From Mobula hypostoma (taxonomy: Eukaryota): 64,000 nucleotides of DNA. Under the pieces are notes generated by a model. The model was not told the origin of the DNA. It saw only the letters and a program-made list of their open reading frames with translations, and made no database searches. Positions 1-13,339 of this stretch are shown here, in pieces (the stretch's first letter is position 1; the number at the start of each line of letters is the position of its first letter). The stretch spans positions 145,888,001-145,952,000 of the forward strand of contig NC_086097.1 of the NCBI RefSeq assembly GCF_963921235.1, written 5' to 3'. Both the position numbers and the translations under genes were made by a program.

Positions 1-1141
1 CGCTTGAAACCTCCTCACAGAACCCCCTTGGAAACAGCAAACTGCTCAACTGGCCCGAAAACACATCACCAAAATGTAGGTCATTGGCCCCAACAGTAGC
101 AGAACCACATTTGAAAGAAAAAGAAATGAAAGAAATAGTTCCATAAACCATCTGATCGATGCTGCCCTTGACCAGAAACACAAAATTATAAACATTTTTT
201 TAGAGTTAAGGAAGATTATATGCAAAATTTTCAAATAGTTTAGTAGGATAATGTAGCAGTTAAGTGTTGAGCATTCTTCCTCTATGAAGATCTTCTAAGT
301 GTGTTATAATCTATATTTATGGCTTACAATATCAATACAGTGTTCTCTCAGTTTTCAAACTTTGATATCATAATATCTTTGAACCCAAGGACCTGCTATC
401 TATAAATTATGATTTCCTCATTTTAGGAATTACTTTCTGTTTACTTGCTCTTGTCACCCAATATTGTAGCGTACCGGGCTTATTTAATAATTAATTGTAT
501 TCGGGGTACTTATCTAGAAACCAAAAAAAAACTCATCAAAATAAATGAGGAGCTGTCAAGCAGACGTACTTCCACAGCTGACCAAAATAGCAGGCAAAAT
601 CAGATTATTCAGAAATTGACCATGGGGGTCTCATTAGTAACTTGGACAATTCTGCTTTCTTTGATTAAGGAAAACATTTCAGTTTTTGGGATACCATGTT
701 TCTAGAGTAGAATAAATGTCTTGTTTGGGCAAATAAGTGAATTATAATGTTTCAATATATCACTATTAAATGAAAGAGTAACATATATTTTATGGGAGTA
801 GGACTTAAGACTTCAAGACTTAAATACTGCTTATATGTTACTGAAGAGGAAATTTAATTGAGCTCTTTAAAATGATAAAGGTATTGAGACATAGAGAAAT
901 TATATTCTTTGGTGGCAAGTTGAGCAGCTTCTAAAGCTCTGTGCTGACCATCAAACACCCATTAACACTAAATGAATTTTATCTCCCTTGGCGTTCCAGA
1001 CTGAGCTGTTATGTTCATTTGCACGTTTTCTTAATGGTAAATAGTTGACCTCAAGGTGATCTGGTTTCCTCCCACATTCAAACAACATGATCATCAAAAG
1101 TAAAATGCCCTTAATGTGAAGTTGAATATAGTACTCGTATT

Positions 1142-1870
1142 TAAGGGGATTTGCTCCTTCTCCTGTCAGTAAAAAAGGCTCTGCTGGGTCTAGTAGCTAT
1201 GCCACATGTGCAGGCCAAAAGCTGGACTTCATTGTCAGAGTCTATTTCAGATGCACACCATTGAAGCAGCTAATAGGTAGTGGGAGATTACCCCTACTGT
1301 CAACCCCACTCCCCTGCCTGTAACAACCTTAAGGTGGGTTACTGGCACTTTAAAACTAGTCACTTTGTGCAGATGGGACCTGTCAGCTGTGGATGGCAGC
1401 TCATCTAGGAGAAGGAAACTCTGATCTCAAACCTCCACTACCCTGCAGCTACACCAAATCATTGCAACACTCACAACATGCTGGAGGAACTCAGCAGGTT
1501 GGGCAGCATCTGTGGAAACGATCAATCAACGTTTCCACAGATGCTGCCCGACCTGCTGAGTTCCTCCAGCGTGTTGTGAGTGTTGCTTTGACCCCACTTT
1601 CTGCAGAGTATTTTGTGTATACCAAATCATTGAGAAGGCATCGTGAGTAAACCCTGAGGAAAAATCCAAAGCTGGAGTCCCTAAGGCAGTCCTATGCTGA
1701 GCTCAATACCGACTGGCAACTCCTGTAACACCGCCGGTGCTGTACTGTATCAGTCTCTGCCATTCCTTTGGATTCATCAGCTGCGTGGAGTGGGGGGAGC
1801 CTGCTGCATGGGCAACAGTTTGCTCTCCGAATCGTACTGCCCTGGCTTGCATATGACAGCAAAAATGCAA
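1142..1870 (+). mobile_element. RTE-clade LINE 5'-region-derived element, interrupted by a Penelope-derived hairpin insert
   Basis: Contains CTAGGAGAAGGAAACTCTGATCTCAAACCTCC and GAGTAAACCCTGAGGAAAAATCC, which resemble RTE 5' UTRs (recalled); boundaries approximate. Confidence 0.4.
1465..1620. mobile_element. Penelope-like terminal-repeat-derived palindromic insertion
   Basis: Near-perfect inverted repeat with ~57 bp arms (GCAACACTCACAAC..GGAAACG / CGTTTCC..GTGAGTGTTGC); flanked by ACCAAATCATTG at 1453-1464 and 1621-1632; same sequence family as 53010-53101. Confidence 0.75.
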
Positions 1871-2720
1871 TACCCATGTTCAACCCTGAGCAACAGACGG
1901 CCTATTAACCGGAGGTAGTGGAAATGTGCGGAGAATAAAATAAGATTAGTGTTAACGGATGCGCAACGGTCAGCAAGAGGTTAATTTCCATGTTGTATGA
2001 TTCTATAACTCCATGATAGGAATAGGAAACTTCAGAATGGGGGGGGGGGAGAGAGGGGGTACAATTTTAAAATTAGAACCAATCCATTCCTGGGTAATCT
2101 TTTTCCTCCAAAATATAGTGTTATTTGGAACCAATAAATAGAAGCATTTGGCTTAAGTACTTTCTCAAAGAATAACATTATTATAAACTTATCACAAAAT
2201 CTTCAAGAGAACCATTTGGCCACTTGAGTCTATGCCAACCCTTTGTTGACCATATTGACCTGCACTCACTCTTTAGTTTGTAAAACTGCACTGTTACTTT
2301 TGAAGCAAAGAGGAGATTTGAAGGAGGTTTAGAAGATTATGACGAGGTTAGGTGGGATTGAAAGAGGGTGGTTGTTCCAAAGTAGAGATGGCTCAAGGAT
2401 CAAGAGACCTGGATTTAAAATGCAACGAGGATGTGAGGAAAAGTGTGTTCTGTATGGAGTAATTACACACTGCATTTCTCTGGATGTAAGGTTGATGAAA
2501 AGAAAACCAAAAACCGTCTGTAAAAATGAGAAATAGGGGAAAATAATTTGTAGGTCTATTAGGAAAGAACAATTCATAGATACCAACAAGATTAACCTGC
2601 TGGAAGCTGGTATAGATCTTAGAGTTAAAATGACCTCCTTCTGTTCCACAAAAATATTGTGCTTCCATCCTGTGAACCTTTGTCTGTATCGCTGAAAATT
2701 ATTCTCCACCAAATACTTAC

Positions 2721-2800
2721 CGAATTCATGGCTGAAAGTCACTGACTCCACCACATTTAAAGGTACTGAGTTCTGGGTAACTGAGACCACGAAAGATGGG
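2721..2800 (-). other. Candidate first coding exon (ATG AAT TCG followed by a GTAAGT donor)
   Basis: Minus strand reads CAGCC-ATG-AAT-TCG|GTAAGTATT (ATG 2729-2727, donor at 2720) in non-repetitive DNA; CCAAT motif near 2914; exon 5' end unknown. Confidence 0.2.
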
Positions 2801-2999
2801 GAGAGGATTGTGGTGATTCAAAAAAATAAGTGTGAGAATTTTTAAATTGAGATGGCACTCAACTAAGAATTCTGGAAATACCCTGCGAATCAGACGAAAT
2901 TTGTACCAGGTGGCCAATCATTAATCTTTGTTTTGTACCAACAGCAATATTTTGCTCCAAAGTGCTAGTTTTCTGTAAAAACTATTTTAGTTTAGTGTT

Positions 3000-4063
3000 G
3001 AATACCATCATCCCCTAATTGTTCATCACTAAGTTTCTAAACCTGGGCTGCTGTACTCCTCTCTGCTGCTGGATCCTCGACTTCCTCGCTGGGAGACCAC
3101 AGTCAGTACAGATTTGTGATAATATCCTCTCCTCACTGACAATCCACACAGGTACACCTCAAGAATGCATGCTTGGCACTGCTCTACTCCCTCCACTCTC
3201 ATGACTGTGTGGTTAAGCACAGCTCAAGTGCCATCTGTAAATTCTTCAAATACATACTGTTGTCGGCATAATCTCAGATGGCAATGAGGAGGCATAAAGG
3301 AATGAGATAGATTGGCTTGCTGGGCAGCATTACAACAACAACAACCTTGTACTCACTGTCAGCAAGACTAAGAAATTGACTGTGAACTTCAGGGAGGGGA
3401 AGTCAGGAGAAGACTCACTATTGAGGGGGTCAGTGTTGGAAAGGGTGAGTTCCTGGGTGTCATTATCTCTGAGGATTTGTCCTGAGCCCATCACAGTGAT
3501 GCAGTCATGAAGAAGGCATGCCAGAGGCTCTACCTTGTTAGGAGTTTCATGAGATTTGGTACGTCACCAAAGCCTCCTACAAATTTTTATAGATGTTTGG
3601 TGGTGAGCATTCTGACTGGTTGCATCTCAACCTGGTTTGGAAACTCCAATGAAAGGGGTGTGTGTGTGTGTGTGTGTGTGTATGGAGGGGGGCAGTTGTG
3701 GACTAAGCCAGCTCCACCAAAACTCTCCTCGCTGTTGAGGTGCTGCCTAAAAGAAGGCGGCATATATCACGAGGGAACCTCGCCATTCAGGACATTACTC
3801 TTCTCATTACTAACATCAGTGAGGAAGTATAGGAGCCTCAAGATGCACATTCAATGCTTTAGGAAGAGCTTTTGAAATCTACCATCAGATTTCAAAATAG
3901 TCCAGGTACCCATGAACATTAACACATTATTCCTTACGTTTTGTGCTAATATTTAATTATTTTGTTATTTATAGTAATTTTATATCTTTACATTGTACTG
4001 GTGCCACAAAACAACAAATTTTCCATATGTAAGACAATGATAATAAAGCTGATTCTGATTCTG
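3000..4063 (+). mobile_element. Rex1/Babar-type LINE, decayed 3' part
   Basis: RT remnants WILDFLAGRPQSV and KKACQRLYLVRSFMRFG..NFYRC; ends AATAAAGCTGATTCTGATTCTG. Confidence 0.8.
3657..3680. repeat. (TG)n microsatellite
   Basis: Seen directly. Confidence 0.95.
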
Positions 4064-4669
4064 TGCTTTTGGATATCTCAAACTTGTGAACCAGGCCACC
4101 TTATTTCTTAAGTTCTTTCTTTAAGCTTTTATTAGCTCTGATATTTATCTTCTTTGCATGCATTTGCAGTTGGAAAAAGTGTCAGCACGTCCAAATATTG
4201 ATCACCATTTATAAAGAAAGCTATTTATCTTCCTTTAGCTTCCCTCCTCCCTCCCCCCACCGGAAGAATATTCACCAAAGTTTGCTTTAACTTTCCTGAC
4301 AGATAACTTGCAAGACAGGATGACGGTGCTCTTTCACCCATACTACAAAATGTTGTTAAGTTGTGGGCAGATTGATCTCCAGTGGTGAAATTACTTTAGC
4401 TGCCTCACCTTACTGAAAGGGAAATGTAAACCAAACCACAATGGCTAAAAATGTAAATTAAAAGAGGAAAAAGAAATGTAGAATTCATACAATCTCACAA
4501 GAAATCTTACTTTTATATTAATAGAACACTGCTCCTTTGCAAATGTCTAAAGTTAAAATGTAAGGTGATCTGCTTACTGATTTGTAGTTAGTTCTGTACT
4601 TCACTGAACCTCCACCCACATATGAACCACCTTCCCCCAACTGAAAGCAGAACAAATTTGACAAAAAAA

Positions 4670-4681
4670 ACACACACACAT

Positions 4682-4718
<37 letters not shown>
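4670..4718. repeat. (CA)n microsatellite
   Basis: Seen directly. Confidence 0.95.
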
Positions 4719-4722
<4 letters not shown>

Positions 4723-6329
4723 TCTGCAGAAAGTACCGAATCGTGCTCAGCCTGCAGCCTGTCACTGCGAGTTTCCCTAAAATTTTCTGGGATTTTTTTG
4801 TGTATATCTGAAAAGTTAGGCAATGAGGTGGCGATGTATACATAATGTGCAATTGTATTTAGAGTGGTAGATGGACTGGGAGGGGGTGTGCAGGTCAGTG
4901 TGGGGAGGGTGGATGGTAGGTAATGTCAGGCAGAAGGTACAACACTCCCCATACATAATAGGATTTATTGACATTGTGATAAGGTTAAAGCTTGCTTTTT
5001 TCCGCAATGGTGAGATTCTCCTGACAGCCTAGGGCAAAGGGAGCTCTTTGAAAGATAAAAGGTGACGAGTGGGAGATGTGAAGGAGGGATAGTAGCTTGA
5101 GAAACTGAAAAGAAAGGTCAGATAAAATCTTAAACAGCACCAGACGTGAAGCACTTTAGGGAGACAGATGCTATGTTACATCTGTTTAGCCGACATCAGC
5201 TCCACCTACTCAGTTGAACATTAGACATTTTTCTATAGTTTTTGCTGTACAATAAGCATCAAGCAGCCAGCAACCCGCTGAAGCTAAAAATGTCATAGTT
5301 TGGTGAGCTGAAAAGCCAATTGTTTCTGCAATTTGGGACCTTATTTCCTACCCTCTTAATCTTGTGTGGCACCTAAGGGGTTAACACAAAATAGTTGGTT
5401 ATTTCAAATGCCATTTTGAGTGGTCTAATAATTCCTTTAGTTGTATCAGGCTTTGCATAGAGACATACCCAGATGTTAAGTTCAGACTGACTAGTGAAGC
5501 CTGCATCCTAATGAAGGAACAAACATCAATTTTGCTAACTGGTAAAGCCTTGAGTTAATATCTGCCTGTATTGGATAGGTCATTTTATTGCTGTCAATGC
5601 CTCATGTATGCTCACGTTATATTTAGTGTTGTGAATTTCAATGTCACCACTCAATGCTGTCACATCACGATGCTTTCTTCGGACGTCACCTCCCCTTTTC
5701 TTCTCACTCTCAAAAAGATTACTGGTGTGATGTGTAAGAGGAGCAAGGTTTTGTTTAATGAAGACTCCCTACATAGAGACAGCATTAGGAAAGGTTATTT
5801 AACACATGGTTGTTGCATTCCTGCCAGGCTGAAGAAAACGTTGGTTATTGGCAGGTAAATGGTACATATTTCCTGACAACCAATGTAGGTGGTCATAAAC
5901 AGAGGCTCAATTGGTTATTATTTGTGGACAACAGCATCATGAATTCGTTCTTGGCATTTACAGTAGAAGTCAGTTTTGTGCTAACACTGGAGATTTATGA
6001 AAAGCTAGCTCCAGGATTTTACCAGTTGAATTAGTGCTATACTTAGTAGCATAAACACTGGGAGGAAATTCATTACTGTGCTCTCATTGAATCTAAATAC
6101 CAATATAATATTAGCCTTGCTCAGGCAGTGAGAAGAGGATTAGGCAGGATTGAGGTTAACTAGATTTTATTCTTGTTTTTTAGGGTTCTGAGGTGACTGT
6201 AGAGGCTAGTGTGAGAATTGCAGAGACTCCTGGCAGAGTGGGCACATGGCTAGTTTGTGACATGACATTTTCCTTTTACCATTTACCAGGGTGTTTATAT
6301 GCTCCCAATGTATGGATCTGAGGTCTCAG

Positions 6330-7210
6330 TAAAGTCAAAAAGTTGAGTTTATTGACATATGTACAAGTACATGTGGCCCTTGTGGCAAAAGGGATCAAGG
6401 GGTATGGAGGGAAGGCTGGTACAGGATTCTGAGTTGGATGATCAGCCATGATTATACAGAATGGCAATGCAGGCTCAAAGGGCCCAATGGCCTACTCCTG
6501 CACCTATTTTCTATGTTTCTATGTTTCTACATGTATGCAGAGGCATAATGAAAACCATATTTGCAGCAGAATTACAGGCACATAGCAACAGATATGCAGC
6601 ATTTACAAGAAAAACAGATTAAGCATACATTACACACAACTTTTACAAGAAAGATCACAATTCAAATAAAAAAGTCAAAGTCCATTGTAGTAGAAAGAAA
6701 TCAAGGTGGTCATAGAATTGCTGTATTGATTAGGGTTGTGCCGGTTGGTTCAAGAAATGAACTGCTGAAGGGAAATAGCTGTTCTTGAACCTGGTGTTGT
6801 GGGACTTCAGGCTTCTCTTGCCCAATGGTAGCTGTGAGAAGGTGGCATGGCCCGGATAGTAGAGGTCTTTGATGATAGTTTGTGGGTTCTTGAGCAGAAT
6901 CTCATGAATCTCTTTAGATGGTGGGGAGGAATGTGCCCATGATGTATTAGGCTGAGTCCATAACAGTCTGCAGCTTCTTACATTCCTGCACCTTCAGATT
7001 GCTGTACCAGGCGATGATGCATCTTGTGAGGATACAGGTATCTCCAGAAGTTTGTTAGAGTGATCGGTGACAAGCCAAACCTCCTAAAAAATAAAGATCC
7101 TGGCATGCCTTCCTTGTGATTGCATCTATGTACTATGTACTGGGTCCAGAATAGGTCATCCCATGTTAGCATCCAAGACTTTAAAGCTGCTGACTCTCTC
7201 CACTCCAGTT
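6330..7210 (-). mobile_element. Rex1/Babar-type LINE, decayed 3' part
   Basis: Minus-strand remnant FFRRFGLSPITLTNF; 3' UTR similar to other copies in the window. Confidence 0.7.
6375..6527 (+). mobile_element. CR1 LINE 3' stub
   Basis: CR1 3' UTR with (TTTCTATG)n tail; TSD TACATGT at 6368-6374 and 6528-6534; same family as 63251-63395. Confidence 0.85.
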
Positions 7211-8353
7211 TTCACAGCACTACCACGTGTCCCATCATAATTCCTGTATGCTGACTAGTTACCACTTCTGACTTGTCCATCGATGCCATCCCAAATGTTT
7301 CTTCACTGCGGGGATTCTCAATAGTTAATAGGGATACTGCATTTTTAGAAGAAGGTATCAGGATATCCTGCAACCTTATCCCCTGCCCACTTGGTAATCC
7401 CTTTCCATAACCGAGCTCAGAATTGAGGCTGAGTTTTGTGAGAATGGTGCCAGGCATGCAAATGATGTGGCCTGCAGAGTGGTGTCAACTGAGTTCAATT
7501 AGAACCTCAGCACTGGGCCGAGGAGAAGACACCAGCATAGATTGACTTACCCTTCTGGTAAATTTGTGGAGACAGTGTTGGTGATATCTTTCAAATGCTT
7601 TGATACTTCCAGAAGGTTGTCCGAAGCTTAGAGGAATACAGAAAGACGGGGGTCACTGGTGCCTTGCCCACAGGAGTTTTGTATTAGGTATGAGATCTTA
7701 TTTTTTAAATATTGTTATGGTGCTAAATCAATACTGGATGAGGAAGGCCTCCAGCTTAATCCTAGGTTTGTTCTGAAGTACCTGATTGTATTTAGGCACA
7801 AAGAAATAAATAGAGAATCCAGCTTCTATTGGCAATGTAGAGACTTCTGCAGGGGCATCTATCTGATTGGGTGTCATTTGAGATGAGATTCTGATCTGCC
7901 AAAATGCTCTTTCAGCTCGTGAGTTGATGACACTTGTGGTAAATAACTAACTATTAAAATATGATCCAATGCGTTCAAGGAAGGAAAAGTTGGGACAAGT
8001 AAAAATCCTGACCCTGTTTGGGATATCAATCTGCAGAGAATGGTCAGAGCAGTAAATTTCTATTTAATTCAGGCTTAGAATTAGGAAATATTCAGATAAG
8101 GAGGTATTGGAATTGAGGCTGTACTTTGTGAGTTTGGTATGCACTGTAAATTCACAATATCATTGTTGTTCTTCGATATTTAAAAGGGGGAAAGACAGAA
8201 AAGTACATGCTTGTCTTTACTGATAACCATGTACCACCAAAAATAATTCCACCGGCAGACATTTAAAAGGTTTAGAAAAAGAATAATAATATTACAAATA
8301 AGTGTCTTAAGCAGAACTCTCTTATTGCTTGAATTGCATTTTATCGCTCATTG

Positions 8354-8625
8354 GGTAGCACGGTAGCGTAGTGGTTAGCACAACGCTTTACAGTACCAAT
8401 AACCTGGGTTCAATTCCCGCTGCTGCCTGTAAGGAGTTTGTACGTTCTCCCCGTGACCACACAGGTTTCCTCCGGGTGCTCCAGTTTCCTCCCACAGTCC
8501 AAAGACGTACTGGTTGGTAAACTAATTGGTCATTGTAAATGGTCCTGTGATGAGGCTAGGATTAAATCGGGGGGGGGGGGGGGTGGCAGGGTTTGCTGGT
8601 GGCGCAGCTCGATGGCCTACACTGT
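8354..8625 (+). mobile_element. tRNA-derived V-SINE (HE1-like)
   Basis: A box GTAGCGTAGTGG, B box GGGTTCAATTCC, V-domain GGTTTCCTCCGGGTGCTCCAGTTTCCTCCCACAGTCCAAAGAC. Confidence 0.85.
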
Positions 8626-8689
8626 AAAAATTAATAAAAATTAATTATGTTAATATCCACTCAAATCAATACAAGAATGATCAGTCAAG

Positions 8690-9045
8690 CAGACAAATGG
8701 AGAAGCAGAGCATAGTGGTCAACAGTAATGAGACAGCATATTCTGATGCCTTCCCCATGATTGCAGGGGACTGCAACCAGACCAGCTTGAAGAGGTCTGA
8801 ACAACTACTACCAAAACGTCACCTGGGGATCCGATCCAGGGAAACCACTGATATCCCACTATCAAGAATGCTAACCATTCTATTGCACCCTGCACTTTGG
8901 CAAGTCTGATCACCTGGTTGTACTTTAACACTCGGCAGACATGAAGAGACTAAGTGCTTTGAGAGGTAGGTCATGGCGAGAATTAGCTCCTGCCTGAGCA
9001 AGGTGCTGGAAGGCCCGCTGCAGTATGTCTACAAAGGAATACACT
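8690..9045 (+). mobile_element. Rex1-type LINE fragment (endonuclease to RT start); probably continues at 12590
   Basis: Remnants IAGDCNQ and GKSDH, plus an MKCFER-like sequence. Confidence 0.6.
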
Positions 9046-9071
9046 GGCTTCAGACTCAGAATCAGAATCAT

Positions 9072-10016
9072 TAGTCATAGTCATAGTCATACTTTATTGA
9101 TCCCGGGGGAAATTGGTTTTCCTTACAGTTGCCCAAAATTAATAAATAGTAATAGAACCATAAATAGTTAAATAGTAATATGTAAATTATGTCAGTAAAT
9201 TATGAAATAAGTTCAGGACCAGCCTATTGGCTCAGGGTGTCTGACCCTCCAAGGGAGGAGTTGTAAAGTTTGATGGCCACAGGCAGGAATGACTTCCTAT
9301 GACGCTCTGTGTTGCATCTCGGTGGAATGAGTTTCTGGCTGAATGTACTCCTGTGCCCACCCAGTACATTATGTAGTGGATGGGAGACGTTGACCAAGAT
9401 GGCATGCAACTTAGACAGCATCCTCTTTTCAGACACCACCGTGAGAGAGTCCAGTTCCTTCCCCACAACATCACTGGCCTTATGAATGAGTTTGTTGATT
9501 CTGTTGGTGTCTGCTACCCTCAGCCTGCTGCCCCAGCACACAACAGCAAACATGATAGCACTGGCCACCACAGACTTGTAGAACATCCTCAGCATCGTCC
9601 GGCAGATGTTAAAGGACCTCAGTCTCCTCAGGAAATAGAGATGGTTCTGTCCCTTCTTGTAGACAGCCTCAGTGTTCTTTGACCAGTCCAGTTTATTGAC
9701 AATTCGTATCCCCAGGTATTTGTAATCATCCACCATGTCCACACTGACCCCATGGATGGAAACAGGGGTCACCGGTACCTTAGCTCTCCTCAGGTCTACC
9801 ACCAGCTCCTTAGCCTTTTTCACATTAAGCTGCAGATAATTCTGCTCACACCATGTGACAAAGTTTCCTGCCGTAGCCCTGTACTCAGCCTCATTTCCCT
9901 TGCTGATGCATCCAACTATGGCAGAGTCATCCGAAAACTTCTGAAGATGACAAGACTCCATGCAGTAGTTGAAGTCCGATGTGTAAATGGTGAAGAGAAA
10001 GGGAGACAAGACAGTC
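9072..10016 (-). mobile_element. Young Rex1/Babar LINE, 5'-truncated (RT C-terminal ORF 9224-10024)
   Basis: Open 266 aa frame with LSPFLFTIY, KFSDDSAIVG and LNVKKAKELVVD; (CTATGA)n tail; near-identical to 29256-30385 and 31188-31716. Confidence 0.92.
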
Positions 10017-10241
10017 AGTGGCATTTATTAGTGGCATGTGACGTGAAATTTGTTAACTTAGCAACAGCAGTTCAATGCAATACATAATCTAGCAGAGAAA
10101 AAAAATAAGTAAATCAATTACAGTATACGTATGTAGAATTAGATTAAAAATCGTGCAAAAAACAGAAATAATATATATTTAAAAAATGAGGTAGTGTTCA
10201 AGGGTCCAATGTCTGTATAGGAATCGGATGGCAGAGGGGAA

Positions 10242-12489
10242 CTTGATCATGGACAAGGATAGATCTGATCCTAGGGTTGAGGTTCTGAACTGGAAGAAGG
10301 CCAAATTTAAAGAAATGAGAAAGGATCTAAAAAGAGTGGATTGGGACAGGTTGTTCTCTGGCAAGGATGTGATCAGTAAGTGGGAAGCCTTCAAAGGAGA
10401 AATTTTCAGAGTGCAGAGCTTGTATGCTCCTGTCAGGATTAAAGGCAAAGTGAATAGGAATAAGGAACATTGGTTCTCAAGGGATATTGCAACTCTGATA
10501 AAGAAGAAGAGAGAGTTGTATGACATGTATAGGAAACAGGGAGTAAATAAGGTGCTTGAGGAGTATAAAAAGTGCAAGAAAATACTTAAGAAAGAAATCA
10601 GGAGGGCTAAAGGAAGACATGAGGTTGCCTTGGCAGTCAAAGTGAAGGATAATCCAAAGAGCTTTTACAGGTATATTAAGAGCAAAAGGATTGTAAGTGA
10701 TAAAATTGGTCCTCTTGAAGATCAGAGTGGTCGGCTATGTGCGGAACCAAAAGAAATGGGGGAGATCTTAAATGGGTTTTTTGCGTTTGTATTTACTAAG
10801 GAAACTGGCATGAAGTCTATGAAATTAAGGGAAGCAAGTAGTGAGATCATGGAAACTGTACAGATTGAAAAGGAGGAGGTGCTTGCTATCTTGAGGCAAA
10901 TTAAAGTGGATAAATCCCCAGGACCTGGCAGGGTATTCCCTCGGACCTTGAAGGAGACTAGTGTTGAAATTGCAGGGGCCCTGGCAGATATATTTAAAAT
11001 ATAAGTGTCTACGGGTGAGGTGCTGGAGGATTGGAGAGTGGCTCATGTTGTTCCGTTGTTTAAAAAAGGTTCGAAAAGTAATCCGAGAAATTATAGGCCG
11101 GTAAGTTTGATGTCGGTAGTGGGTAAGTTATTGGAGGGAGTACTAAGAGACAGAATCTACAAGCATTTGGATGGACAGGGACTTATTAGGGAGAGTCAAC
11201 ATGGCTTTGTGCATGGTAGGTCATGTTTGACCAATCTATTGGAGTTTTTTGAGGAGGTTACCAAGAAAGTGGATGAAGGGAAGGCAGTGGATGTTGTCTA
11301 CATGGACTTCAGTAAGGGCTTTGACAAGGTCCCGCATGGGAGGTTAGTTAGGAAAATTTAGTCGCTAGGTATACATGGAGACGTGGTAAATTGGATTAGA
11401 CATTGGCTCAATGGAAGAAGCCAAAGAGTGGTAGTAGAAAATTGCTTCTCAGGGTGGAGACCTGTGACTAGTGGTATGCCACAGGGATCAGTGCTGGGTC
11501 CATTGTTATTTGTCATCTATATCAATGATCTGGATGATAATGTGGTAAATTGGATCAGTAAATTTGCTGATGAGACAAAGATTGGAGGTGTAGTGGACAG
11601 TGAGGAAGGTTTTCAGAGCCTGCAGAGGGACTTGGACCAGCTGGAAAAATGGGCTGAAAAACTGGCAGATGGAGTTTAATACAGACAAGAGTGAGGTATT
11701 GCCCTTTGGAAGGACAAACCAACGTAGAACATACAGGGTTAATGATAAGGCACTGAGGAGTGCAGTGGAACAGAGGGATCAGGGAATACAGATACAAAGT
11801 TCCCTAAAAGTGGCGTCACAGGTAGATAGGGTCGTAAAGAGAGCTTTTGGTACATTAGCCTTTATTAATCAAAATATTGAGTATAAGAGCTGGAATGTTA
11901 TGATGAGGTTGTATAAGGCATTGGTGAGGCCGAATCTGGAGTATTGCATTCAGTTTTGGTCACCAAATTACAGGAAGGATATTAATAAGGTTGAAAGAGT
12001 GCAGAGAAGGTTTACAAGGATGTTGCCGGGACTTGAGAAAGTGAGTTACAGAGAAAGATTGAATAGGTTAGGACTTTATTCCCTGGAACGTAGAAGAATG
12101 AGGGGAGATTTGATAGGGGTATATAAAATTATGATGGGTATAGATAAAGTGAATGGAAGCAGGCTTTTTCCACTGAGGCAAGGGGAGAAAAAAACCAGAG
12201 GACATGGGTTAAGGGTGAGGGGAGAAAAGTTTAAAGGGAACATTAGGCGGGCTTCTTCCCACAGAGAGTGGTGGGAGTATGGAATGAGCTGCCAGACGAG
12301 GTGGTAAATGCGGGTTCTTTTTTAACATTTAAGAATAAATTGGACAGATACATGGATGGGAGGTGTATGGAAGGATATGGTCCGGGTGCAGGTCAGTGGG
12401 ACTAGGCAGAAAATGGTTCAGCACAGCCAAGAAGGGCCAAAAGGCCCGTTTCTGTGCTGTAGCTTTTCTATGGTTTCTATGGTTTCTAT
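10242..12489 (+). mobile_element. CR1 LINE, 5'-truncated ORF2 (RT) with stops and a frameshift
   Basis: NYRPVSL, YMDFSKGFDKVPH, PQGSVLGP, KFADETK; (TTTCTATGG)n tail; apparent TSD GGGAA at 10237-10241 and 12490-12494. Confidence 0.95.
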
Positions 12490-12589
12490 GGGAAGAAGCT
12501 GTTCCTGAATCACTCAGTGTGTGCTTTCAGGCTTCTGTACCTCCTACCTGATTCTAACAGTGAGAAAAGGGCATGCCCTGGGTGTTGGA

Positions 12590-13310
12590 GGGCCTCTGTA
12601 CCTCCCTCTGCAATTGGATCCTTGACCTCCTAACCGGAAGACCTCAATCTGTGTGGATTGGTGATAACATCTCCTCCTCACAGGCGATCAACACTGGTGC
12701 ACCTCAGGGGGGTGGGCTCTTTTCAAAACCTGGGCCTCTGTACCACCCTTTGTAACCTGATACTTGACTTCCTCGTTGTGAGACCACAGTCAGTGTGGAT
12801 CAGAAGTAACATCTCCTGTGCGTCTCAAGGATGTGTGCTTAGCCCACTGTTCTACTCTCTCTACACCAACGAACGTGTAGCTAGGCACAGTGCAAATGCC
12901 ATCTGTAAATTTGCCAATTACACAACCTCTTGTCGGCAGAATCTCAGATGGTGACAAGGTGGCATACAGGAGTGAAATAGAGTGGCTGGTTGCTTGGTAT
13001 TTCAACAACAACCTTAACCTTGCACTCAACATCAGTAAAACTAAGGAACTGATTTAGGAGGCAGAAGCTGGGAGAGTGCACATCAGGGGGTCAGCAGTGG
13101 AAAGGTGAGCAACTTCAATTCCTGGGTGTCGGGGTATCTACATATTGATGCAGTAATGAAGAAGGCACAGCAGCAGTTATACTTCATTAGGCATTTGAGG
13201 AGATTTGGTATGTCACCATAGACTCCAGCAGATTTATTCAAATGTACTGTGAAGAGCATTCTGATTGGTTGCATCACTGCCTGGAATGGAGACTGCAATC
13301 CACAGTATTC
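12590..13310 (+). mobile_element. Rex1-type LINE RT fragments (two overlapping pieces)
   Basis: [16 protein letters not shown] and [16 protein letters not shown] in tandem; SQGCVLSPLFYSLYT. Confidence 0.8.
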
Positions 13311-13339
13311 TATCAGAGTGCATGAACATGTATTTCTCT

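Larger units (their letters stand above)
9050..12587 (-). mobile_element. Rex1-type LINE 3' end (pieces 9050-9070, 10022-10241, 12490-12587) hosting two younger inserts
   Basis: (TCAGAA)n tail at 9050-9070; host sequence GCAGAGGGGAA|GAAGCTGTTCCTGAAT rejoins across the CR1 insert. Confidence 0.7.

Noticed and set aside
1..146. Plus-strand open frame LETSSQNPLG..KEIVP* as a terminal exon
   Set aside because: Short, no recognisable homology, and no splice context inside the window
5718..5854. AG..GT-bounded open frame ITGVMCKRSK..LVIG
   Set aside because: No recognisable protein similarity and no partner exons; compatible with chance
8354..8425. tRNA gene
   Set aside because: A and B boxes run directly into a V-SINE body; the same applies to the tRNA-like head at 30690-30766
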